This document shows, piece by piece, positions 11,901 through 27,600 of a stretch of 64,000 bases of DNA. Position numbers and translations under genes: made by a program. The stretch spans positions 8,680,001-8,744,000 of the forward strand of contig OZ059899.1 of the NCBI GenBank assembly GCA_964057225.1, given 5' to 3'. Numbering within the stretch: the first letter of the stretch is position 1; the number at the start of each line of letters is the position of its first letter. The DNA comes from Auanema rhodensis. Lineage: Eukaryota > Animalia > Nematoda. The notes beneath the pieces are model-generated. The model was given only the letters and a program-made list of their open reading frames with translations, ran no database searches and was not told where the DNA came from.

Positions 11901-14900
11901 ATTTTTTTATTAATTTATACATATACAGATTTATATATATATATAATATAATATAATCCATGTGAATACAATTACTATTAATTCTTGAATAACTCAAAAA
12001 TTAAAAAACAACAAAGAAATGTGAAATTTTTTTTTCTTTTCTATTGATGTAAATCACAGTGATTTAGAATTCAATTGCATTTCCATTTTCTACTGATCGT
12101 TGGTATAAGAACGTCTTTGCCCTTCGTTCTTCCATTCTCTTTCTATATCACTCTTTCCCTTCTATTTCCTCTTCAGTTCACTATATTCTTTGAAAAATGC
12201 TTTAGAAGTACTAAAGAAATTTACTATGAGAATATAATTTATATTGAAAAGTATTAGCTTAAGGTATTTAACTATATGCCTAAGTATTTAAAAAATAAAA
12301 TGAAAGATGCTCTTATACTCATGTGCTTTTGAATTAAACGATTGCAGTTTTTCTTCTTCAAATTTAAACTAAATTGCAATTTATTATTATTAATTTAACA
12401 ACTCTATGCTCATATAAATAAATATATTTGAATAAGGAAATTCTTGAAAATAGTCTTCCTTTCTCATTTTTTTCGTGGAGAAAAAAAAATAATTCGGTCA
12501 CCAGCTGTGATAATAAGCAGCAGTTCGACTGAGCTCACTTACAACACGTGACGAAGAATTGGTCGAAATTACGTCATTCTCAACAGAATATGCAAATCTG
12601 ATTTTCTTCTAACTACGATACAAAAGAAATAAAAAAAATGATCAATTTAATTTTGATCTTAAAATATCCAAAAACTGTAATTAGAAATATTCGGTTGTTC
12701 GTACTCATGTTGCGTAATATTGCGAAAAATTCTAAATGCTACTAGAACAAGCACGTGAAAAGAAAATCAAAAAAGATAAATTAATGTAATTTGTGTTAAA
12801 TTGTAATGTTAATAATGTTAAATTTGTATTAAATTATTTTCAATACAAAAGATCATTTGATCAGATATGCTTGTTTCATTGATTACGTATATTATCTAAA
12901 TTGAACTCAATGAACGTACTGGGATTCAAGCAAAGCCTATAAACATCCGAAAAAATAAGCAAATTATGGATTAACAGCCAAATTGTTTGTTTTTTGTTGT
13001 GATTCTAATAACATATAATCAAATAAAGATTATTTGAGAATATGAATTTAGTTTCATCTCATATTTTATTTGAATAAATTTAAATTTAGATATTAGGTAG
13101 AAGATAAAAAAAAATTTAAATTGTCAGTACATGTAGTTTATTGAAAGCCATCATTCATATTAGTAACGCTTGAATATATTGCTTGAGGGTTCACCCAGTA
13201 GCCTGAAGCTATGCTTGTGGTGTTGTTAGATGAGGAAAAAAAAGAGGAAATGATGAAATGGCTAAATGAGTCAAAACTGAGTTGAAAACTTTTTTTTATA
13301 AGTTTTTCAATTTTGATGAGTAGGTCGTGGAATACATTTGTTCGATTAACAATGTTTCAAAGAGAGAATATAACCTTCAACGTAAAGAAAGCTTCAAAAT
13401 GATGTTGGATTGAAATATATAAAAAAAAAAAGAAAAATTACATTTAAATCTGAAAATATGAGAATAAATAAATGAAAAAATATAATTTAGTAATATATAT
13501 ATATATATATTTATATTTATATTTGAATAGAAAAACAACCGTCCATCGTCTGAGCAGTATGAAAAGTAACTACTAAGATACTCCTCTACGTGAACATTTC
13601 ACGTCAGTCAAGAAAGCAGAGCTAATATAGGATCAGAAGAACAAGAAAGAATATATAAGCATAGGAGATATGTAGAGAGCATAGAAAGGCAATAAGAAGG
13701 GTACGAATTACATTTCTGTTTACAAACTCTATATGAAGCTTGACCATCATGCCTAAAAAGGGCATTTGTGCATTGAATTTAAGCTGAAAATGAACATATT
13801 GAGAAGAATTTCTATCGTTTGCAATGATCTCTGCTTTACAAATATGTATTTTTAACCAAATATGATAATATTAGAGCATAATGAAATATAGAAAAGAAGT
13901 TTGCAATCAAAAAATATAATTGGTTTTCGAAACTTTTGAATATTTGTAGAGTTAATCTAAACAATCAAACAATCTTTTAAAGATATAAGAGAATAATATA
14001 TATAAATAAATGTAATTACATCTATGAAAGTCTGGCAACTTACTCTTGAACCTTCTATTCAGAATAAATTTAAAATGAAGCGAGGGTGTTCGGCTCAAAA
14101 GTTGTATCTACATTGTGGGGGCAGAAGCAAAGTCTCTTCAACTATGGCAGGGTGATGACCAATCTAATCCTATTCGTCTAGTGTTTGAACTCATCAACGT
14201 TCAACAAAATGGCTTCAAAAAGTGTTTAAAAGGAAAAAAACGTGTAGAAGAAAATCAAAAAGAATTCGAAATCCATTTGATCTAATCATCCTAGGTTTGG
14301 TCTCATTCTACCCAGCTGATTAGGAACATTATGCCATTCGACTATTACTACATGGGATGGAAAAAGGACAACAATTAGCCGATTTAATTACAATTGTTTC
14401 AATTCTGCAACATACGGTTGATCTCTTCCTTTCTCACTTACTCATTCTTTAAACTCTTACTCAGATTGTTAGATTATACGAGATATAAGAGAGAAGCGTG
14501 ATTCAACTTTAGAAATTCAATGCAATGCCTAATGATGAGTTCTTCGTTTATTCCCAAAAACATATATTATTCATTTGAAAAATAACTTAAAAGACATTAA
14601 TTCTTTTTCAAAAAAAGTCAGCTGTATAGGCTGTAGTAATGTCAGAATAATTATATATGAAATCATAAATGTTATATAACTTTATATTTTATATTTTAGA
14701 ATAATTTACTCTAAAAATTCAAATATAAATTATAGAGTAAATATGAATCAAAAGACAATATTTATCAAAAAAAGAAAAAAATTTCATTACTAGATAAAAT
14801 AATTTTTTTTCTCATTGATCAACAGTGCAGCATCGGTACATAGCACTGAGACAGGTTTTCAACTTGATTATCAGTCTGACATGTTCTTCAATCAGAAACG

Positions 14901-15287
14901 TTTTCTTGAAATCAACAAAAAAAAAGAAAATTTAACTTAACATATATTTATGAATTCAGCTTACTGATCGTAGGTTGCTTGAAAATGAGCCATTGAAATA
15001 TGATCTAAAGGAAATTACTCGTTCGCTAAGAGGCCCACCCCAAGCTCTGATCATATTTTGGTATTGAGCTAAGCAAATTCAACACAAGAATTAAGATAAA
15101 ATTCCCATTTTTCAAACGAAATTCAAGAAATTTCCTTGGGCACTCCTTGACTTGCACCCACATATGCTTTCTCACAAACTTTTCCGAGTGACATTTAAAA
15201 CGAGATGAAATACATATTTTACAGAAAATTGTATACATACCATGTTTCAGTTATCTCTCTAAATCTCGGTATCTCTTCTTTCCTATC

Positions 15288-15294
<7 letters not shown>

Positions 15295-15329
<35 letters not shown>
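15295..15329. repeat. (TC)n microsatellite
   Basis: About 17 perfect TC units. Confidence 0.95.
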
Positions 15330-15331
<2 letters not shown>

Positions 15332-17852
15332 TTTCTTTAATTTCTTTGTATTTCCTTTTTCTTCTAAAAGAAAAAATATAAATGATAAATAATATTTTTT
15401 TTATCAACAAAAAAATTAAAAAATAAATTATATGAAATCCATAATAATTAAAAACATAAATTAAAAAAATATCAAATATATACAGTATTACAATGAAATA
15501 GTTTATTTTCTTCAAAATCAAGTTATTTATTAAAAATAAAAAGTTTTAAAAAGACTGTAGTGAGCTATGCTTTGACTTAGTTTCTTAAATAGTAAAGAAA
15601 CTAAAGAATTTAGTTGTAAGCGGATTTAAAGCTACAACTTGGAATAGTATCACGAAACGTTTATTCGAAAATGAAACCGGAAAAAAACAAATTTTTGGTA
15701 AATTATTTAAAACTTTCAATTTGACATACATATAGTATGTATGTACATAACTTGTATACTGTACGTATGTACTTGTTTATATAGATTATATAATCTTTTC
15801 TTTATTATATAATATATTTTATATAATATATAAGCATAGATATATTAAAAGTTAAATAAAATTATTAGAAGGCTTTTTTGTGGAAAAGCTAACAGAAGAA
15901 TTTGATCATGTAATCGAATCTAAAGCTACTTAATAGAAATTGAAACATTACCTTTTTTGACTAGAAATGCTAGATCATGAGCATTTCATACATAGATACA
16001 TAGATACATATATCAAATAGATATACAACAATCTACTGATGAAACTCACTAGACTTATGAAGCTAAGCTTTGACAGCAATTACATGTTTTATGAAAGATA
16101 ATTGAACGAATATTTCTTTTTTTAAAAAAATTCAGTTTTTTCACTTTTTTTTGTAAAAACTTGAAATAAGGAAACACTTTGTTTTAACACATTTCAATAT
16201 TTTATTTTAAAAATTAAATAAATATTAGAAAATGAATGAAAACATTTTTAGTTATAAATATAATAATAATATATGTATATTTAAGGAAAATTCAACATTA
16301 TACGTACTGCCTACTTTTTCCGGACTGTTTCCGTTAATAAGGAGAAAATCGTCTAGTTTATTAAGTAGATGGAAAAGTATTTACTTGTTATATAAGCTCA
16401 ATTGAACATTTATTTCAATTATCAATAGAATTATTCAATTTTTATAATTTTGATTTATAAAATCTTTCATGAAAACATTGAAATTTCTGATGCTTAAATG
16501 TCCTATTATTATATAAAAAGTATTATAAATGAAATCAAAGGAAGTTAAGATAACTGTTTCAATTTGAAATATTTGAAATATTTATATAAAAATTAAACAA
16601 TACAAGTTATATTTGTATCATTTGTATGAGAATAAATGAAATTTTTATTGAAAATAATAAATTATACTTATTCTATTGAAACTTCCTTATATTTAATCTA
16701 TGTTCGTTGATATTTGCTATATATATATAGTTAAAATAATAATAATAGATTGTTATAAAATAATCTTGAAATAGAGAAAATTTCTTTGAAATTATTATTT
16801 TACTCATAAATTTACATGAATAACTTCTCTTTTCAAACAAATTTCTTTTTGATCTCAGTGAAAAATTAATTACATCGTAATTAATCTAGAAAAAAAGCTC
16901 AGATCAAATAAGAAATGAGAGAGAATATTATATAAAGGGTGGTGATCAAATATAAAGATGACATAGTTAAGATAGAACAGGCGCTTTTTCTCTCTTTTTC
17001 TTCTTTTCAATCCCTCGTAACCTTATAATCATTGAGTTCATTACGAAGACCATGTGGATCGTTCATCATCAAAACATCACATCATCTGTTGGCAAAAATC
17101 ATTTTCTATGTGAATTGTGAAGAGTATCTTTGCTATATTATCTCCTATTCTTTCTCTCATCTCTTCTGGACAACAGTGTTGTAATCCATTCTAAAGAAAA
17201 TCTCAACATGAGGTAACAGAAATAAGAGAATTAACTTTCTTTTTTTTTCTTTAGACTTTTCAATCATAAGTAAAACTAAATTTGGTTTCATGATAAAGTA
17301 GTATATCGCTTTATCACTATCACGTCTGATTTCTTGCACATTTCTCTCTTTCTCTCTTTCTTCTTCTCTCTTTTTCTTGAAAAAGTCGGCTCATTATTTC
17401 AATTTACTTGATGGCCCGCAATGTTCTATATCATTGGTATGTCAGTTGTTCCATTTGGCTACTTTTCCACTGAGAGGAAGAGGGATAAAGAGAAAAAGCA
17501 GACAATTGTGAGACAGATTCTTCTTCATCTTCTTCAACACATTGATTACGTGGTGTCGAGCCTCTTGTGGCTCCATCATTTTGCTTCCTAGGCCACTATG
17601 TCAGCTTGAACAGACTTCACATACGGAACGAACAAATTATTCAATTAGTTATCAAACTAATTTTGAAATATTTGGAAGAGTTCACTCATCTTTTAGTGTA
17701 CTACTGTCCTGAATTCTGCTTCTCATTCGGATATCAGCATTCCTAGCATCACCCAACCTTTGATATTATAGTCGATTTTCATTTTCGACTATTCATATCA
17801 AACAGTTATTATTTCTGAAACAAATATCTATAATATAATACTTTGTGACAGA

Positions 17853-21033
<3,181 letters not shown>

Positions 21034-21690
21034 TCATGTTTGTACATTTTGTTTTTAAACTTTAAAAATTGACCTGTGATATAATTTTCATTGTATTAAT
21101 ATATATATATATCTATATTCATCTATCTATATGTATTTTTCTTTAATTTAATAAATTAGAACTTTATAACAAACTTTTTTATTCCATCTAATACTAAGAC
21201 GTATGAAAAAAAAAATAAAACAAACTTTGTGAAGCAGAATCGGAACTTAAAAAACCCTAAGTCAATACAACGAAACTGATTGTCTTCACTGCAACAATAA
21301 ATAATCTGCGAATAAAACTTAATTTATGAATATTTAATTATAAGCTTCCGAACTGCGCAATCAGAAAACGAGAGTCGTTTTTCTCTCAATCATAATTGCA
21401 TCTGGAGATTTTGGAAATCGTCCCACATCGATGAGAATCACAAATAATAAAGCTGTACTAAGTATCACATTTACGTGGGTTTTTTTTTTAAATAATTAAG
21501 AAAATAACTTTTCTTTTCAAGGACAAATTAATAAGAGAAAACTTGAAAATAATGGGTAGGTTTAACTAGCCGCGAACCGTGATGTGAACTCGTGCCTATA
21601 GTTCTCTTTACAGATTTTAAATAGCAAATCTTTTTTTTTGTTGTCATCTACACTAATATTATGAGATGATTATATCACGTATTCTACATT

Positions 21691-24600
21691 TTAAAGGCTG
21701 GATACATTATTGACCTCATCATCTAAATCATGATTCATATCTGAGGATAATGTTGAGTCTTGTCTGAAATTACAATGAATTTAGTTTGTTTTAACAATTA
21801 ATGTAATACCCAGTAGTTGATGAAGGAGAAGCTTGAGAATCTTTTCCATCATTATTATTGGCTTCATCACTATTGCTGTTGTTGATAGTAGTTGTTACCT
21901 AAAAATATGCATAATCAATCATTTTCAAAAAAAAAAGTTAAGATATTGAGAAAATAGCATTTGATATAGTTTGTAAACTTACTCGTGTAACTGTTTGTGT
22001 ATAATGATGACCATCTGTATTATCTGTTATTTCTTCAGTATGAACATGAATATGCTCATTTCCTTGTGTCCATTCATCATCATGAACTTTGTGTTCTGGA
22101 CTCATCTTACGAACTGAATCATTATCTTCTTCTTCTTCAGATGATAGATTCTATAATTATGAAATTGATTCAATAACAAGTATTATATGTAATCTTACTT
22201 CTTCTTTATGTGCAACAACTGAAGTTTGCATATCTGTATAATTCAATTCGTGTTGAGAAGGTGACACATTTCTTTCAACGTAGACTGATTCTGTCATTTT
22301 TTCTGCAACAAACAAAACAAAATCATTTAAAGAAAATGAAGATGTTCTATGTTTACCTGATACAGTTGGTGATTCATGAATGATCATTGAATCAGTGCTC
22401 ATGTTATCAACATCTTCATCATCATCTTCTTGTTCTAATCTTCGTTCAGCTTCATGTGCAAATTCAGGCTCATCTTCTTCACTTTCGGGGTTGTGATCTT
22501 CTGCAGGGGTTACGTGAAGTTCTACGGTAGAGGATTGCATGATGTGAATTTCAGGAGGAGGCATGGCCATCTGTAAAAAAGAAAATAAAAAGGAAAAAAT
22601 ATGTTTTTAACATACTTGACGTGCGGAAACAATTTGTGCCTCTTGATCTTCTTCTGATGACGAGTGTACTAAATCACTCGGTACTGAACTTCTGTGAGCT
22701 GTGAAAGCTGGAGGCTCTTCATCAGATTGTTCTTCATTATTATGAGGAATGACATTTTCTTTTTCTTCTCCAGTCACCACATCAAATACAGATTGAGCCG
22801 CATGTTGAACTTCATCAACAACATTCATAGCTGTTTCTTGAAGTAGCTGAGTATATGTATGTGAAGGGTCTTGTTCATATGAATATTGTGTATCCAAGTC
22901 TGGTTGTGAGTCTGTATGATCAACCACTCCTTGAAAATCAGTATGAGCAGCATTATCATTTGTGATATGAATACTGTCTTCGGCAGCTTCAACAACATTT
23001 GGGGATATGCCATCTTGATTTATTGATACAGAGTGAATGACATCCGAAATATTTTGAAGAATTGCATTCCCAGCTAGAGCAGAGCTTTGTTCGACTGAAA
23101 CTATGCTCTCTTCATTTAGAACAGGGCTTTGGTTTCCTGGTGACAAACTGTCATGAGCTGGAGCTGGGCTCTCCTGTACTGGAATTGTGCTTTGTTGGAT
23201 CGGAGATGGACTGTGATGAGCTGGAACTGGGCTCTCATGTACTGGAGCTGGACTCTCATGTACTGGAGCTGGACTCTCATGTACTGGAGCTGGGCTCTGT
23301 TGGATTGGAGATGGACTATGATGAGCTGGAGCTGGACTCTCATGTACTGGAGCTGGGCTCTGTTGGATTGGAGATGGACTGTGATGAGCTGGAACTGGGC
23401 TCTCATGTACTGGAGCGGGGCTCTGTTGGATTGGAGATGGACTGTGATGAGCTGGAACTGGGCTCTCATGTACTGGAGCTGGACTCTCATGTACTGGAGC
23501 TGGGCTCTGTTGGATTGGAGATGGACTATGATGAGCTGGAGCTGGGCTCTGTTGAATTGGAGATGGACTATGATGAGCTGGAGCTGGGCTCTCATGTACT
23601 GGAAGTGGGCTCTGTTGGATTGGAGATGGACTATGATGAGCTGGAGCTGGGCTCTCATGTACTGGAGCTGGGCTCTCATGTACTGGACCTGGGCTCTCAT
23701 GTACTGGAGCTGGGCTCTCATGTACTGGAGCTGGGCTCTGTTGGATTGGAGATGGACTATGATGAGCTGGAGCTGGACTCTCATGTACTGGAAGTGGGCT
23801 CTGTTGGATTGGAGATGGACTATGATGAGCTGGAGCTGGGCTCTGCTGGATTGGAGATGGACTGTGATGAGCTGGAACTGGGCTCTCATGCACTGGAATG
23901 GGGCTCTGTTGGATTGGAGATGGACTGTGATGAGCTGGAGCTGGACTCTCATGCACTGGAATCGGGCTCTGTTGGATTGGAGATGGACTGTGATGAGCTG
24001 GAGCTGGACTCTCATGCACTGGAATCGGGCTCTGTTGGATTGGAGATGGACTATGATGAGCTGGAGCTGGGCTTTCTTGTATTGGTGCTGGGCTCTGTTG
24101 GATTGGAGATGGACTATGATGAGCTGGAGCTGGACTCTCATGCACTGGAATTGGGCTCTGTTGGGTTGGAGATGAACTATGATGAGCTGGAGCTGGGCTC
24201 TCATGGACATGAACTGGGCTCTCATGTACTGGAGCTGGGCTTTGTTGGATTGGAGATGGACTATGATGAGCTGGAGCTGGGCTTTCTTGTACTGGAATTG
24301 GGCTCTGTTGGATTGGAGATGGACTATGATGAGCTGGAGCTGGACTCTCATGTACTGGAGTTGAGCTCTGTTGGATTGGAGATGGACTATGATGAGCTGG
24401 AGCTGGGCTCTCTTGAACATGAACTGGGCTCTCATGTACTGGAGCTGGGCTCTGTTGGATTGGAGATGGACTATGATGAGCTGGAGCTGGGCTCTCTTGA
24501 ACATGAACTGGGCTCTCATGTACTGGAGCTGGGCTCTGTTGGATAGGAGATGGACTATGATGAGCTGGAGCTGGGCTCTGCTGGATTGGAGATGAACTGT

Positions 24601-27600
24601 GATGAGCTGGAACTGGGCTCTCATGTACTGGAGCTGGGCTCTGTTGGATTGGAGATGGACTATGATGAGCTGGAGCTGGGCTCTCATGTACTGGAATTGG
24701 GCTCTGTTGAATAGCAGATGGACTATGATGACCTTGGACAGTACTGTCGACTTCAGTTGGGCTTGTTTCTGCTATTACTTCCTGCTGAGAGGAGGAGAAA
24801 CTTTGATGTATCGAAATATTTTCAGAGTATCCATTCGAAATGGCTTGATTTGAAGGCTCTACGAGGTGCTTCTCAAACGTCTCTTGAACATTATCGTTAA
24901 TTTTATCTTCCTCAGCATATTCTGGTTCAGAATCGTCTGAATCATCATGTGCATACGCTTTTTGGGAGGTCTCTTGAGAATAATTCTCGTTGTAATGATT
25001 TTGAACTACTTCTTCCATTTTACTCGGAATTTCTTCATGTGTTGGAGCTGGCGAATCGCGACTAGGTGCTGGTGATTGGGGAACAGAAGTCTCTGTATAA
25101 GGAGCATCATCGTGTGGCTGAGGAGATGTTTCATAAGGAATAGCTTGTTCGGTGGCCTGTTGTGCAAATGAAATGTTCTGCACAACGGGTGAAGAAGCTT
25201 TTGGAGATGATACTTGTTGAACTGTTGTCGTGCTTGTTGCTATTTCTGGAGCTGACGGTTCTGTTGCTGGTTCTTTATGTTCAGTTTTCAATAATTCTTT
25301 GGCAGTCACCGAAGCTCCTATAGCTCCTATAGCTCCTAAAACGTTTATAAAAATAAATAATATGATATTAGTTTGAAACATACCGGATATTGCTGGAAGA
25401 ACAACAGATTTTATATTTGTTGTAGTAGTGGTAGTTGTTGTTGTTGAAGTTCTATTAATAGATGTTCGTGTTTCTTTTTTTGTTTCTGATCGTCCACGTG
25501 TTGATGATGATGGCCTTCAAAAATATATAATTTATTATACTTTTAATAGAAAAATAAAACAATTATCACTAAATTTATATGAATAAATTACCTGTGTGAA
25601 GCAGGTGGCAAACGAGTAGCTGCGGGAGCTGTTTTTTTCGTCGGACTTTTTGATGATTTAACCTTATTTGAAATAGGTGGAAAACGAGGATTCGAATCTG
25701 TTTATGAATTTTATTAAAATTTATGATTATTATCTCAATATTTACCTTTCCTCTTACGCATGGTAGGAGGACAACTTGTACGATTATCATGAGACTGACT
25801 TAATTTATGTTGAGGTGAATGCTTACGTCCTCTAAGATTGTTAATGCTTCTGAAATATTTTTTAATAATACTCCAAGCTGTAATAGAAAAATAAACAAAA
25901 TTCTGTAAACAAGTAGCCCAATGAATCAGAATAGTTATTTGAACAAATGTTTTTATTTTTTTAAAGATTCTGATTGATTGCTTTGATTGGCGTATTGGCT
26001 TCTACTCTCGAATCTAATAATGTGCAACAATTTCACAAATAGCAAGTTGCTAAAGGTTTCAGAAGCACAGGTGCAATACGGAATTCTAAAATCGGGTGTC
26101 AGCCTTAAGCGGAAGCTTGTAAATGCTGTTGATGAATAAAATTTAGAAAAATAACTAAAGTCACAAAAAATTTGATTAAACCGTACATTCTAATTAATAT
26201 AATTTATATTATTGGTTTATATAATTTTTAATAAACACAAATTATATAAAATATTTAAAAAATGAACTAAGTAAGCTTGTTATAAACATGCTCTATTTAA
26301 AAAAAATAGCGAATTCAATCAACGACAAGCCAGATATTATGCAGAAATAAAGTATATTAAACTCATCAAACCCAATTCCGGAATTCCGTAACGGTTTTAT
26401 GATGATAAAGCCGCTGGGAAAAATTAGAGGAAAATCAAGCTTCTAACTTATTGAATATAATGATTGGAAAAAGTTTTGAGGACACAAGAACTGGATGAAG
26501 ATGAACACGTTTACGGTGACGAGTAATGGAGAAAGGCAAGTTGTTGAATAAAGGTTATGAATGGTAAATAGCCATTAACCATTATATAATCAAGAGACTT
26601 ATGTCTTTATCGAATTGGTAAAGCACAACACTATACAGAAAGCAGTGAAAAATGTTAAAACATAAAGCAGGCGATGAATAGTTTCTTTCTTAGAAATTTA
26701 AATAATTGACCAAAAAAAAACATTTGAATGAGAAACAGCATTCATCAACATCTTATGCTAACATAAAGCAGAACCAAAAAAAGGAAAGAAGGAAAATAGT
26801 GAATAGAAGTTGAAATAGAATTCGAACTACATATGTATGTGTTAGTACCTCAGCGGCTCAGCGAGCGCGTTTACCGGAGCAGACGAGGTGAGACTGGGCA
26901 AAGACCTGAATACCAATTTCAATGTATGAATTGGGTCAGAATTCAAAGCCAGTCAAACAGTTTAAAATGGAAATTTCATATAGTTTTAAAAATTTTCTTC
27001 TAATTATCTAGATAGCATGTAGTATATTTCTAATTATATGCTAAACAGAAGCAGGAAAAGAATGAAGTTATAAAAATCTAAAACACCAGTTCTATACCCA
27101 AAAGCTTAAATTAAAAAAGGTTTCTAACGGAAGGTTAAAAACTAAATTCTAAAAAGGTTATAGTTTTTAAAACAAAAAAGTTTATATAATCTATGTTTTA
27201 ACCAGTGACGTGCTTAAAGCTTTGGAATTATTATTATTTTTCTATTGAAGTGAGAAATAAAAGGTTTCATAAGCCTGTGTGAATTGAGAGTTCTTTTCTT
27301 TTTCCCATTATGTATATAACAGAATATATCTATAGCATAGAAGATTAGTTCTAGATAGGATCACATCAAATTCAAAATAAATGTGAATTGGTTTTAAGCT
27401 ATGGAAGGTGAAATTTTTGTTAATTATTGGGGGAAAAATAGTAATTATAAGTTTATAAGTTAACCTTCTACGGAAAAACCAGCTTGTTTGAGCTGGTGGT
27501 GGCTGTCGAACAACTGAATGAATTCCGAATGTAACTTCTCGGAATCGTTCGAGACGATCCAGTTGTTTCTTCAAAGTATCTTTATATGAAATGAGCGTTG

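Noticed and set aside
23062-24900. Long ORFs in alternative and antisense frames over the heptad repeat (494, 523, 340 aa and others)
   Set aside because: By-products of a stop-free 21-nt tandem unit; only the - strand S/P/H/Q frame continues into spliced flanking exons.
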